Origin: Candidatus Thorarchaeota archaeon
GTDB lineage: Archaea > Asgardarchaeota > Thorarchaeia > Thorarchaeales > Thorarchaeaceae
Assembly: GCA_048884785.1 (NCBI GenBank)
Contig: JBHLQM010000002.1
Location: forward strand, 1-19,862
Direction: 5' to 3'
Length of the DNA stretch: 19,862 nucleotides
Part shown: positions 9,163-17,793 of the stretch, piece by piece
Layout of the letters: each line of letters opens with the position of its first letter
Position numbering within the stretch: position 1 is the stretch's first letter
The notes under the pieces: generated by a model
The model's database searches: none
What the model was told of the DNA's origin: nothing
What the model saw: the letters and a program-made list of their open reading frames with translations, nothing else
Position numbers and translations under genes: made by a program

Positions 9163-10443
9163 ATGATGTTCGGACCAAGGGCCGTTAGATTCTCACACAA
9201 GAATGCATTTCTTTTCCTTTTTATTCCAATTCTTATTCTTCCATCTTTTAGCTTGATTCCTCTACAGCAAAACTACTTTCAAAACTCGAATAGTGACAAT
9301 GTTGGTGTAGCTCTATGGAATAGAACCTATGGTGGTCCGCTGAACGACGAAATACTCGACATCGTATCAGTTCGGAATGGAGGATTTGCAGTCGTTGGCA
9401 TGTGGAACAATCCGGGTGCTATACCAGTCGGGGATGTATTTCTTATGCGCCTTGATGAGAATGGAATACCCCTTTGGAACAGGACCTATGGCATGACAAT
9501 AGCCGGTGAATCAATAATTGAGGTTAGTACAGGAGGTTTTGCTATCGCTGCATTCAATGGCTGGATAATAAGGACCACCGAGGAGGGAGAAATCCTTTGG
9601 AATCGAACATACCAGGCTTATGGCGAGAGTTTGTTCTTCTCCTCCATCATTGAAATGGGCAATGGAAACTTTGCAGTCATAGGCTATAAACCTGGAAATT
9701 GGGGATTTGATGTACTCCTTTTGAGAGTTGATTCTAACGGCGAATTACTTCTGAAAAGGTCACTAACCGGCCCCGCCGACGATGAATTCGGAACTTGGGG
9801 CGATGACAAGGGTTTTGAGATAATTGAATATGGTGATGGCGGATTTATTGTAGCTGGTGCATTGGATGGCAGGCTGTCGTTGATTCGCATGAACGAGAAT
9901 GGAACCCTCATATGGAGAAAAATCTTCCATCCGAATGGAGATGGACATGGCTCTTCTGTCGCCGTCCTTAGATACGGAGATATCGCGCTTGCTGGCCTTA
10001 GAAACGGAGAAGCATGCATCATTGTGGTAGCACATGATGATGGAACAACGGTGTGGGAACGAGGCTATGGCACTTCTTGGGAGTCAGTTACTCTAGTTGC
10101 AGAGAGGGATGAAAGCTTTGCTTTAGCAGGCATTAAAGATGGTCTTCCGTACATTGCGCGAATTAATAATGAGGGTGAGCTGGAGTGGGAAAGTACGTAT
10201 GGAAACTCCGATGCCGCATTTCAGGTAGCATCACTGGTATCTGATGGGTCCGGCACCTATGTACTTGCAGGGTCAATTTTCTCCAGCACAGATGTTCTCA
10301 ATCAAGCATGGCTTCTTGCAGTTTCGGACAATCCTGAAAACTCAGAATATCTATTTGCAGGATCACTTACTCTAGTCGCCTTTTGCCTTGTGAGCATAAT
10401 GCTGATTGGAATTGAGAAGAACAGGCGAAAGAAACCCAAATGA
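9163..10443 (+). CDS. Secreted, C-terminally anchored beta-propeller-like repeat protein
   Basis: N-terminal hydrophobic segment and repeats LWNRTYG/Q (three times), LIWRKIF, VWERGYG and LEWESTYG, several preceded by D/N-x-x-G. A C-terminal TM helix is followed by the basic tail KNRRKKPK. The start may be 9139, 9163 or 9166. Confidence 0.8.
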   Translation: MMFGPRAVRFSHKNAFLFLFIPILILPSFSLIPLQQNYFQNSNSDNVGVALWNRTYGGPLNDEILDIVSVRNGGFAVVGMWNNPGAIPVGDVFLMRLDENGIPLWNRTYGMTIAGESIIEVSTGGFAIAAFNGWIIRTTEEGEILWNRTYQAYGESLFFSSIIEMGNGNFAVIGYKPGNWGFDVLLLRVDSNGELLLKRSLTGPADDEFGTWGDDKGFEIIEYGDGGFIVAGALDGRLSLIRMNENGTLIWRKIFHPNGDGHGSSVAVLRYGDIALAGLRNGEACIIVVAHDDGTTVWERGYGTSWESVTLVAERDESFALAGIKDGLPYIARINNEGELEWESTYGNSDAAFQVASLVSDGSGTYVLAGSIFSSTDVLNQAWLLAVSDNPENSEYLFAGSLTLVAFCLVSIMLIGIEKNRRKKPK

Positions 10444-10478
10444 ATCAGAATTGGTCTAATTGTCCCGAAATACTTATC

Positions 10479-10486
10479 CTTTTTTG
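10479..10486 (+). terminator. Possible oligo-T terminator after the propeller gene
   Basis: CTTTTTTT run about 35 nt after the stop codon. Confidence 0.3.
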
Positions 10487-10616
10487 GATAGAGTATGTGC
10501 GTCTTTCTTGAGTAGAGTGGATTTCTCTTAGTCAAATCATGAATGCGGCATTTATGCCTTGAACCTGTATTTCAGAAGGACATCTAGCTCACCACAGAAA
10601 GGACGGAGATGATCCT

Positions 10617-10901
10617 GTGCCAATACGATTTATAGCTCGTCTATCGAAAAAGGACCCAAAACATCTTGGTTTCTATGTACCGAAGTATGTTATGGATTTC
10701 TATGGGCTCCAGCCCGGTGATTACAAGGGAGGTATTAGTCTAAAACATGGAGAGGTTAATAGCTGCTCAATAAAGCTTCAGAAATCCTTCCGAACATTAA
10801 GAGGTCGGCTTCCTCCCAATTTTGGAAAGAGGGATTCGATTGCAGAGATCTGGATATATAGAGATACATGGACGCCTCCTAAAACCAAAGCACCAGCTTG
10901 A
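10617..10901 (+). CDS. Small basic protein, AbrB/MazE (swapped-hairpin)-like
   Basis: GTG start after GGAGATGA. GFYVPKYVMDFYGLQPGD resembles the AbrB 'ITIPK...LGLKPGD' pattern. The protein is Lys/Arg-rich. Confidence 0.6.
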   Translation: MPIRFIARLSKKDPKHLGFYVPKYVMDFYGLQPGDYKGGISLKHGEVNSCSIKLQKSFRTLRGRLPPNFGKRDSIAEIWIYRDTWTPPKTKAPA

Positions 10902-11016
10902 TATCCAAATACAGCTCTAATGCAAGTTCTATTACGAGGTGGCAGATAATAACTTGCAATCTGTACCAAGTGTCATCGTAGAATATTGTTTATAGGGCGA
11001 TTAGACTTTGACATGA

Positions 11017-11433
11017 TTGATAATAGTGAGTGATACCACATCTGCTAAAATTTCTGCAATTATCTGTTGCAGTTTCATTCTGCCAATGCTGTTTATTCTG
11101 ATTTTTCTTCAAGCTCTTGGGATAGCAGATATAGTATTTCCTATCATGCTGCCTATTTTTGGAGGAACGCTCTCTGTTGCTTTTATAATCATACTCATCA
11201 TTCTTGTGGCGTCTAGAGGTATGGTGAAATCCCAATCAACTCCTTCATACACTCAGGGTGATTATCCTTCATTTTCACACACACCATCAAGGTCTGTATA
11301 TATTGTGCCGATGGAATGTCCCTTCTGTAAGAGGGAATTGGAACTCGATCGAGTGGAATGGCGAGATGGCAAAACAATGGTCTGTCCGGGTTGCTATGAA
11401 GATGTAAGAGTTGAATCCTCCGTCAGATTCTGA
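11017..11433 (+). CDS. Two-TM membrane protein with a C-terminal zinc ribbon
   Basis: Two hydrophobic helices, then CPFC...CPGC. Start uncertain (11017 or GTG 11026). Confidence 0.75.
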   Translation: MIIVSDTTSAKISAIICCSFILPMLFILIFLQALGIADIVFPIMLPIFGGTLSVAFIIILIILVASRGMVKSQSTPSYTQGDYPSFSHTPSRSVYIVPMECPFCKRELELDRVEWRDGKTMVCPGCYEDVRVESSVRF

Positions 11434-11517
11434 AATCGAAGATAACGGCATATCTAGTTTCCACGAGCAGCTTGTTTATGAGCAAAGGATGCAATAAACA
11501 ATGTCGAGAGGGTTTCG

Positions 11518-12015
11518 TTGGGTATGAATCAATCAGTTAGTATCAACGGATATGATTTATCGCCTAGGGACCTGTCTTTTCTTGTTTTCCTCATCCTTTT
11601 CGCGCCTCATGTAGTGAGTATAGGATGGGTAAATTTTCCTGATGCCAGAACTTCGAGCTATACATTCATTTCGTTAATTGGTGCAATCTCTTATTCTTAC
11701 GGAAGCACTGCAAGGGATGGTTCTTTCTCAAATTTCGAAATACTCCTTCCCAATTCCTTACATCTAATATGGAGTGCTTTTTCATTAGTCACTGCAGTAT
11801 ACATATACCGTACTCTTTGGAATCGAGTAATTGGGAAAACAAGAACTCGTGTTTGGCCCAGAATACTTGCGGCAGTGTTTATCATTCCTGCTATCTTCTT
11901 TGGATTCTTTATTTACACGCTTGATGGTGAAGCAGGAGCCAGTGTATTTTCCTTCCCGATATTGCAGCTCTTGGTGTGTGCGTTTGTATATTCCAAGAGC
12001 AAGAAACTATCCTGA
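11518..12015 (+). CDS. Hypothetical multi-pass membrane protein
   Basis: 165-aa ORF with about 4-5 hydrophobic segments. GAGAGG lies upstream; the start is TTG 11518 or ATG 11524. It overlaps the convergent gene by 9 nt. Confidence 0.65.
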   Translation: MGMNQSVSINGYDLSPRDLSFLVFLILFAPHVVSIGWVNFPDARTSSYTFISLIGAISYSYGSTARDGSFSNFEILLPNSLHLIWSAFSLVTAVYIYRTLWNRVIGKTRTRVWPRILAAVFIIPAIFFGFFIYTLDGEAGASVFSFPILQLLVCAFVYSKSKKLS

Positions 12016-13080
12016 GCTCTCTTTCTCAATCTCTTTGTGTCGCTTCTCTTTCGCCTTCTCAGCATTCTTTATCCGTTTGCTCTGATTGTCTATTCGCTTA
12101 TCGGCTTCGGATAGCTCCTTCTTCATCCTATTCTCAGCTTCTTTGAGGTCCTTGTTTGCTTGGTCAAATTCCTCCTTGGCACGCCTGAGGCTATCATCCA
12201 ACTCTTCCATCCGAAACCTCTTGGTTTCCGCAACAGTACTCAACCACTTTGTATTGCCCTCATGTCTTGTCCTGATTTCCTCTCGTTCTTCTTCTAGCTG
12301 TTTTAGCTGAACTGCAAAGTAGCTAATGTCGGAGTCAATCTCTTTAACTCTCTTGTCTTGATTTGGATCGGATGAATCCACTTCCATTTCAACTTGCGGA
12401 GCCGGTTGCCGTAATCTTGATTCTGATATTTGTACTGGCGGGGCCGGTGTCTTGATTTCTGCTGGTTTTGGCTGAACAGCTATGGGTGATGTACCTGATA
12501 TCCCAGGAGGTCCTCCCATAGGCTTGGTGAGTTGAGGGCTGGTGGTCGGTGTTGATACTGATTCGGGTTCTGATGCATTCATCCTCTGAGGTGTAGCTGG
12601 TGCACTGGGCGCGGGTGTTTCTCTTATTGGAACAGACTTTGGTGCCCTCTGCTGAGGTTTTGGAGATTCTTCAATTACAGGCGTGGTAGGCGGAGTTGTT
12701 GGTTTTGCTGTGTGTGATGCAGGGCCATCTGCCATCAACTCTCGGAGCTCACTGGCTCTCAACATTCGCTCATCCATGTCCACACTGTCGGCTTTGGCAA
12801 ATGCTTCTTTTGCCTTTTCAAACTCAGTCTTATCCACATGCCGTTCCGCGGTTCTTAAACGATCTTTTCTAACTTCGCTTGGTCTTACCCATTTATGTTC
12901 AGTCGTTGGACTGACACTATCTTGGGGTACTGCTTGTACAGGTTTCTCTCGAGGGGGTTCCACAGCTGGCTTGGTTGGAGCGGCTGGTTTTTCATCTTCT
13001 GTTTGAACGAGCGAAGCTCCGCATCGAATGCAGTACTTTCTTGTGGGTTGATTTGCTTTCCCGCATTTGCACATCCTCAC
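12007..13080 (-). CDS. Zinc-ribbon / Pro-rich linker / coiled-coil protein
   Basis: N-terminal CKCG...CIRC, a central Pro/Thr/Ser-rich low-complexity region and a C-terminal E/K/R-rich heptad-like helix of about 110 aa. Confidence 0.8.
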   Translation of the reverse strand: MRMCKCGKANQPTRKYCIRCGASLVQTEDEKPAAPTKPAVEPPREKPVQAVPQDSVSPTTEHKWVRPSEVRKDRLRTAERHVDKTEFEKAKEAFAKADSVDMDERMLRASELRELMADGPASHTAKPTTPPTTPVIEESPKPQQRAPKSVPIRETPAPSAPATPQRMNASEPESVSTPTTSPQLTKPMGGPPGISGTSPIAVQPKPAEIKTPAPPVQISESRLRQPAPQVEMEVDSSDPNQDKRVKEIDSDISYFAVQLKQLEEEREEIRTRHEGNTKWLSTVAETKRFRMEELDDSLRRAKEEFDQANKDLKEAENRMKKELSEADKRIDNQSKRIKNAEKAKEKRHKEIEKESSG

Positions 13081-13215
13081 TCTTGTTCCACCTTCTTCTT
13101 CGTCTGTCCTATTCTGCCATACGAAACATCAATTCATATGCGTTTGGATTTTGAATTCTCGTCCTATTTCGAATGGAAGGTTTGCCAAATACTTCTAATT
13201 GTGGGCGGCTTGGTT

Positions 13216-13569
13216 TCAGAAAAGAACATCTTGTGTCATGTCAACTTTTCCATTCTTGATTGGAACACCTTCTTCCTTCAAACGCAATCTTCTATTTGCA
13301 GCTCTCTTGATATCGCCACCAAATCCTCCATCACTCTTGACAACTCTATGACAGGGCACCTCGGGCCAGTATGGGCATTTATTCATTATATTTGCCACGG
13401 CGCGATGTGCTGCAGGTTTACCGGCTTTCATTGCTATGCGAGTGTATGTACTGACTTTTCCCCTAGGAATTCTGAATGTATGTAAGAGTACATCTATTTG
13501 AAACTGAGATAGACCCTCGAGAGCTTGCCTTAGGTCATCTTCTGATTTGATCGCTTTTCCCTCTGTCAT
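13216..13569 (-). CDS. ogt: Methylated-DNA--protein-cysteine methyltransferase (MGMT/Ogt family, single domain)
   Basis: IPRGKVSTY, HRAVAN and the active-site motif VPCHRVV, plus L..EGV. The likely start is ATG 13569 rather than 13632. Confidence 0.85.
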   Translation of the reverse strand: MTEGKAIKSEDDLRQALEGLSQFQIDVLLHTFRIPRGKVSTYTRIAMKAGKPAAHRAVANIMNKCPYWPEVPCHRVVKSDGGFGGDIKRAANRRLRLKEEGVPIKNGKVDMTQDVLF

Positions 13570-13670
13570 ATGACCACTTTTGAGCCGACTATAATATAGG
13601 CTGTTCGAATAACGCTTGTTTCCAATAAGCATTTAATTTGGTTCAAGTTTCCTGTAATGTGGGTGTTCGA

Positions 13671-13910
13671 ATGGCAGATAATTATCCAACTCCTCCCCCT
13701 CCCAGGAAGTTGTATCGTTCGAGGACAAATAGAGCGATAGCTGGAGTTTGCGGGGGACTTGCCGAGTATTTTGATGTTGACCCCACACTCATCAGGATTC
13801 TTTGGGTCTTATTTAGCCTGTTCTATTTGATTGGTGTACTTGGCTACATTCTGCTTGTTGTGTTCATCCCAGAGGAACCAGAAACTGAAGTATATTGGGA
13901 GCCACCTTAG
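13671..13910 (+). CDS. pspC: PspC domain protein
   Basis: KLYRSRTNRAIAGVCGGLAEYFDVDPTLIRILWV...YILLVVFIPEE is the canonical PspC signature. Start ATG 13671. Confidence 0.93.
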   Translation: MADNYPTPPPPRKLYRSRTNRAIAGVCGGLAEYFDVDPTLIRILWVLFSLFYLIGVLGYILLVVFIPEEPETEVYWEPP

Positions 13911-13936
13911 ACCCGGCCGACTATGGATTTGCGAAC

Positions 13937-14386
13937 CTAGTCCTGTACCTTTTCTCTTTGCAGATGCACCTTTCTCTTCACAAGCGACCAATAGCTATAG
14001 AAAACAATCCACGCAGTTGTTACAAGAGGGATGATGATATAGATATGAAATGGGATACCCGTCCAGAATATTGCAAAGAAGTACACGTTCATTATTACGT
14101 AAACTACAACATTGAGTATGTATGCTCTTCGTTGCCAACCATACTTCGAAACTACATCAACCGCCTGCAATGCTGCATATCCTTTATAATTCAGAGCATA
14201 ATCACCATTCTGATTTGTTGTGATTATGTCTTGCATTTTTTTGAGATGAAAATCCAATAGCCCACTGCTATCTATCTTCAACTTCCTCTTCAAATCTGCA
14301 AATCGAGTTGGCCTCACTGCGAGAATCCTGAGAATTTCAACTCTTGTGGAGTGAGATATTGCATCGAAGACTTCATCGTCTGACAT
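13937..14386 (-). CDS. ArsR-like winged-helix regulator with two C-terminal TM helices
   Basis: VFDAISHSTRVEILRIL...FADLKRKLKIDSSGLLDFHLKKM...Y.L...G, followed by two hydrophobic helices. No Cys residues. Confidence 0.85.
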   Translation of the reverse strand: MSDDEVFDAISHSTRVEILRILAVRPTRFADLKRKLKIDSSGLLDFHLKKMQDIITTNQNGDYALNYKGYAALQAVDVVSKYGWQRRAYILNVVVYVIMNVYFFAIFWTGIPFHIYIIIPLVTTAWIVFYSYWSLVKRKVHLQREKVQD

Positions 14387-14413
14387 TATTTATCACATTT
14401 ACAAGGTCTCATT

Positions 14414-14431
14414 ATGATATTATTCTATCAT
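14414..14431. promoter_or_regulatory. Inverted repeat ATGATA-N6-TATCAT upstream of the wHTH-TM gene (possible operator)
   Basis: Perfect 6-bp arms 28-45 nt upstream of the start codon at 14386. Confidence 0.35.
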
Positions 14432-14504
14432 CATTGACAACTTGGTCAAGAGTTGTTGACAATAAACGTTACCGAGCTACGCAAGCAAAAAGACCAGACA
14501 TGTT

Positions 14505-14954
14505 TTACAATGTTCGTTTCTTTACAAAGGCTGCTACTTGAGGACAGTCCTTTGTAAATAGGTCAGAATTTCGAATTTCTCCTGGAACATCATCCAAATC
14601 TATCCCAATAAACCCGTTTTCCCAGAAGAAAGATGGTGTCTTAGCGGCACAAACGTAGACCGCTTCCGATCCAGCATCAAATGCTTCTTCAAGCAGTTTT
14701 TCAATAAGACAATTTCCCAAATCAGTTTCCTGATATGCTGTATCTACTGCATACAGTCTGAGCAACGCAGTGCCGGTGAATAATTCCAATCCCACACATC
14801 CTATGATTTTGGTATTCTCTTCATCTCGGACAATAAAGAACAATGTAAAATCCGGGTCAACATCATCTATTTGCTCATCAGCAGATCTGAGTAGGTCAAT
14901 GATGGCCTCTGCATCCTCAAATGTTGCTATTTCAATTCGAGAGGAGTATGACAT
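14505..14954 (-). CDS. GNAT N-acetyltransferase, ArsN2/ArgA-GNAT-like
   Basis: IIGCVGLE...ALLR..AVD...LG..LIE...FF...GF...DVP.EIR.S..F...CP..A follows the pattern of the ArsN2-like GNAT family. Confidence 0.8.
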   Translation of the reverse strand: MSYSSRIEIATFEDAEAIIDLLRSADEQIDDVDPDFTLFFIVRDEENTKIIGCVGLELFTGTALLRLYAVDTAYQETDLGNCLIEKLLEEAFDAGSEAVYVCAAKTPSFFWENGFIGIDLDDVPGEIRNSDLFTKDCPQVAAFVKKRTL

Positions 14955-15081
14955 TGCAGTCGAAACACTTTCACATCGCTCTATTAATCCTGTGATTCAG
15001 ACTATCTTTACTCATGATTGCCTTTTGGTTGAGTTCTTTCTTATATAGAACGATAATGATTAGGCAAGAAACTGCCAGCCA

Positions 15082-16500
15082 TCAGTGATTATTCTGATCA
15101 TTCATTTGATGTTGCTTGTTTTGGGGGCTGAGTTCTACTTCAAGTTCTTCAACGCTTACTCTGGGTTCAATGTTTTTGGTGGCAAGAATCACCAGAATTA
15201 TGAAATTCAACACAATAGCACCAAGAATCAGCGGCACACCCTGATAGTATGTGTAGATGAGCCCTGAGAAGATAGGCGCAACAGTTCCTATGACCAATAC
15301 TAAGAGCGTCGAAAACCCTAGCGTCTTTCCAAGGTCTGCACGTGGAAGTGACTTCTGGATATATGCATTGATTGTTGTTCCCCACAGATTATCGTTTGTC
15401 GTTTTCATAGCTGTGGCTATGAAGGCGAGAGATAGGATCACACCCAGCCCAGGATAGAATGAATCAAGTGCAAATATCCACTCTTCTGGTGCTATGAATT
15501 TGACATATTGAGCCACTAGCAGTAGGCTGAGCGCTAGCGGCATAACAGAATAGACGACAAGTGTAATCCTCTTCCCACCACGTTTGTCAAAGGAGCGTCC
15601 TAGGAGAAGCGTCAATGGGACCGAAATCGCAAGCGTGATTAGTATCATCAAGAAAATCTGACCAATATTAAACTCGAGGGTTTCATTGACGTAAAACAGA
15701 TTCGAGAAGTTGTACATACTATCGCTAAGTGCATCTATCATAATTACTGTAACAAAAACTGGGAAGATTCTAAAGAGCAGTTTGAGTCCCCTTTTGCTCT
15801 CTGAAATGAAGTCCTTTATTATTGATTTATCTCGCTCGCGCTCAGGGATTGGAGTTGACTCCAACCAGATGATCCTAATGATTATTGTTGCTAGATATGC
15901 CACTGCACCAATGAAGAAGACAGTCCTCATGATTAGAATGAAATCCCATCCCATATTGAACATGATGCCCATTGCATAAAGCGGACCAAGTCCGAAAAGT
16001 ACTCCTAAAGTGAAAAGACTCACAGCCACTCCGCCATATTTTCTGTCCGTTACCTGGAAGATATAGGCTGTACCCCCCTGCCCAGTGAAGTTTGATGCTG
16101 CCATAGTAAGAAGACCTATTGCAACAATTTCGAATCTATCCGCGAATGATAGAATGAGAAACCCAAATCCGTTGAAGACCATGGTAGCTATCGCAAGGTT
16201 CCTTCGATTATAGTTGTCTGCAAGATAGCTTGCAACCAATGTTCCAAGGAGTGTTACAATTGTCATGGATGAAAAGAGTGTACCCAGTAGTACATATGAT
16301 ATCCCAAGGTCGCGAAGATATAGACCGAGAAATGTCCATACAATGTTCAGACTTGCCATTATCCAATTTGTGATGATGAAGACTCTGAAGTTCTTATTAG
16401 CCATTAGTCTTCTGACTGACTGCATCCAGGTGACTTCAGCTGGAGATTCGGAATCTACTGGTTTCTTGTCTACTGTAACATCACTTCTGACATCGTTCAT
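15082..16500 (-). CDS. MFS transporter
   Basis: About 12 TM segments, motif A-like SYLADNYNRRN and its C-terminal-half counterpart GRSFDKRGGKR. Confidence 0.9.
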   Translation of the reverse strand: MNDVRSDVTVDKKPVDSESPAEVTWMQSVRRLMANKNFRVFIITNWIMASLNIVWTFLGLYLRDLGISYVLLGTLFSSMTIVTLLGTLVASYLADNYNRRNLAIATMVFNGFGFLILSFADRFEIVAIGLLTMAASNFTGQGGTAYIFQVTDRKYGGVAVSLFTLGVLFGLGPLYAMGIMFNMGWDFILIMRTVFFIGAVAYLATIIIRIIWLESTPIPERERDKSIIKDFISESKRGLKLLFRIFPVFVTVIMIDALSDSMYNFSNLFYVNETLEFNIGQIFLMILITLAISVPLTLLLGRSFDKRGGKRITLVVYSVMPLALSLLLVAQYVKFIAPEEWIFALDSFYPGLGVILSLAFIATAMKTTNDNLWGTTINAYIQKSLPRADLGKTLGFSTLLVLVIGTVAPIFSGLIYTYYQGVPLILGAIVLNFIILVILATKNIEPRVSVEELEVELSPQNKQHQMNDQNNH

Positions 16501-16696
16501 TTATCCTACACCTCGGAACGCAACAGGCTAATCTATGGTGTATGCCAGCAATTAGGGCCAGAAATCGTTGCACCAATAAGAAGTAAATGAAGGTCACTAT
16601 GAATGCAATTCTGCCAGCATCTTAAACGGTGAGATGCGTTTCTTGATATCTGGCTGTATCACGCAATTTATGTACTATTTTTACGTGGCGGAAAGA

Positions 16697-17725
16697 ATGG
16701 ATTCATCTAAGCTCCGGAGTTTTCTATCTCTCAGATTTCCTGATTGGTCAAGCATAGATGTAACTGGATTTAGAAACATTACATCTGGCTGGGAGACTGA
16801 TGTCTTTTCTTTTGATGTGGAGTATGCAATGAATGGTGTCAATAAGGCAGAAAGGCTAGTGGCGCGAGTCTATCCGGGAAGTCCGGGTGCATATCGAGCG
16901 AACTTTGAATTCGATCTTCTGAAGGCTATTCATGAGATTGGGTTTCCAGTTCCCCGTGTATTACTAGTCGAAACTGAATCTGATACCTTTGAAAAACCAT
17001 TCATCATTATGGATAGAATCTTAGGCAAAACCATGCGCGAGATCATGCTAGAAGGAAACGAAGCCAGACAATCAGAGATGGTGGATCTATTTAGCAGGTT
17101 ATTTGTAGAGATGCACAGACTCGATTGGAAACAGATTTCGATGGTGCCAGAGAGATATCTGCAGGCTGACCCTCAATCCCTTTTCATAGAACATCTGGAG
17201 GGTTTGAGGGGGCATATTTCTAGAAATAACGTTGACTACTTGGTACCAATAATAGATTGGCTGATGGAAAACATTCAGAATATTGATTCTCTCGGGCTGT
17301 CTCTACTTCACAGAGATTTTCATCCAATGAATATTCTGATAGATAGCAATGGCAAGCCCTTTGTTATTGATTGGACCGCGGCTATGATTGGTGATCCTCG
17401 TATTGATGTCGCATGGAGTCTTCTTCTTGCAAAGCTGCATTTTCGTGAAGGACTGGAAAATGTATTCCTACGGGGCTATGAGAAGGTCCTGGATGCGCGA
17501 CTGAAGAATATGGATTTCTTTATGGTTGATGCCTGTATCAGAAGACTATCCGATATTCTGATTTCACTCAAAAGCGGACCTGGCGCCCTTGGGATGCGAG
17601 CGGCAACTGCCGATGAGATGAAAACCGGGATAGCACTTCTTTTGGATATGCATGAGATTGTTGAGAATACTACTGGGCTGAGAATAGCTGAAATTGATAG
17701 GCAGGTCAAGATCCTTTCTGGATGA
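16697..17725 (+). CDS. Aminoglycoside phosphotransferase (APH)/ACAD10-kinase-like phosphotransferase
   Basis: SGWETDVF, GFPVPRV, KPFIIMDRILG, catalytic LLHRDFHPMNIL, VIDWT and GDPRIDVAW. The likely start is ATG 16697. Confidence 0.88.
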   Translation: MDSSKLRSFLSLRFPDWSSIDVTGFRNITSGWETDVFSFDVEYAMNGVNKAERLVARVYPGSPGAYRANFEFDLLKAIHEIGFPVPRVLLVETESDTFEKPFIIMDRILGKTMREIMLEGNEARQSEMVDLFSRLFVEMHRLDWKQISMVPERYLQADPQSLFIEHLEGLRGHISRNNVDYLVPIIDWLMENIQNIDSLGLSLLHRDFHPMNILIDSNGKPFVIDWTAAMIGDPRIDVAWSLLLAKLHFREGLENVFLRGYEKVLDARLKNMDFFMVDACIRRLSDILISLKSGPGALGMRAATADEMKTGIALLLDMHEIVENTTGLRIAEIDRQVKILSG

Positions 17726-17735
17726 AATAAACCCC

Positions 17736-17793
17736 AAAAAAAGGCAAGAACTAGGAATTTAGAAACCTCTCAAATGAATTCCTAGTTCCGCCT
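17736..17793 (-). terminator. Hairpin plus U7 terminator-like element at the 3' end of the small wHTH gene
   Basis: Perfect 12-bp inverted repeat GAACTAGGAATT (17748-17759) / AATTCCTAGTTC (17777-17788), extendable by AGGC/GCCT. It is followed on the minus strand by T7 (A7 at 17736-17742). Confidence 0.6.

Noticed and set aside
8988-9188. 66-aa ORF in the corA/propeller intergenic region, and a 44-codon minus-strand ORF ending just upstream of corA
   Set aside because: No recognisable motif or clear RBS. The region is better explained as divergent promoter/leader sequence.
12086-13485. + strand ORFs 12086-12310, 12683-13006 and 12895-13485
   Set aside because: Antisense to the well-supported coiled-coil and MGMT genes.
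13937-16500. Arsenic-resistance operon (ArsR + ArsN2 + transporter)
   Set aside because: The ArsR-like protein has no cysteines and is membrane-anchored, there is no arsC/acr3/arsM, and the genes are separated by gaps of about 120 nt.
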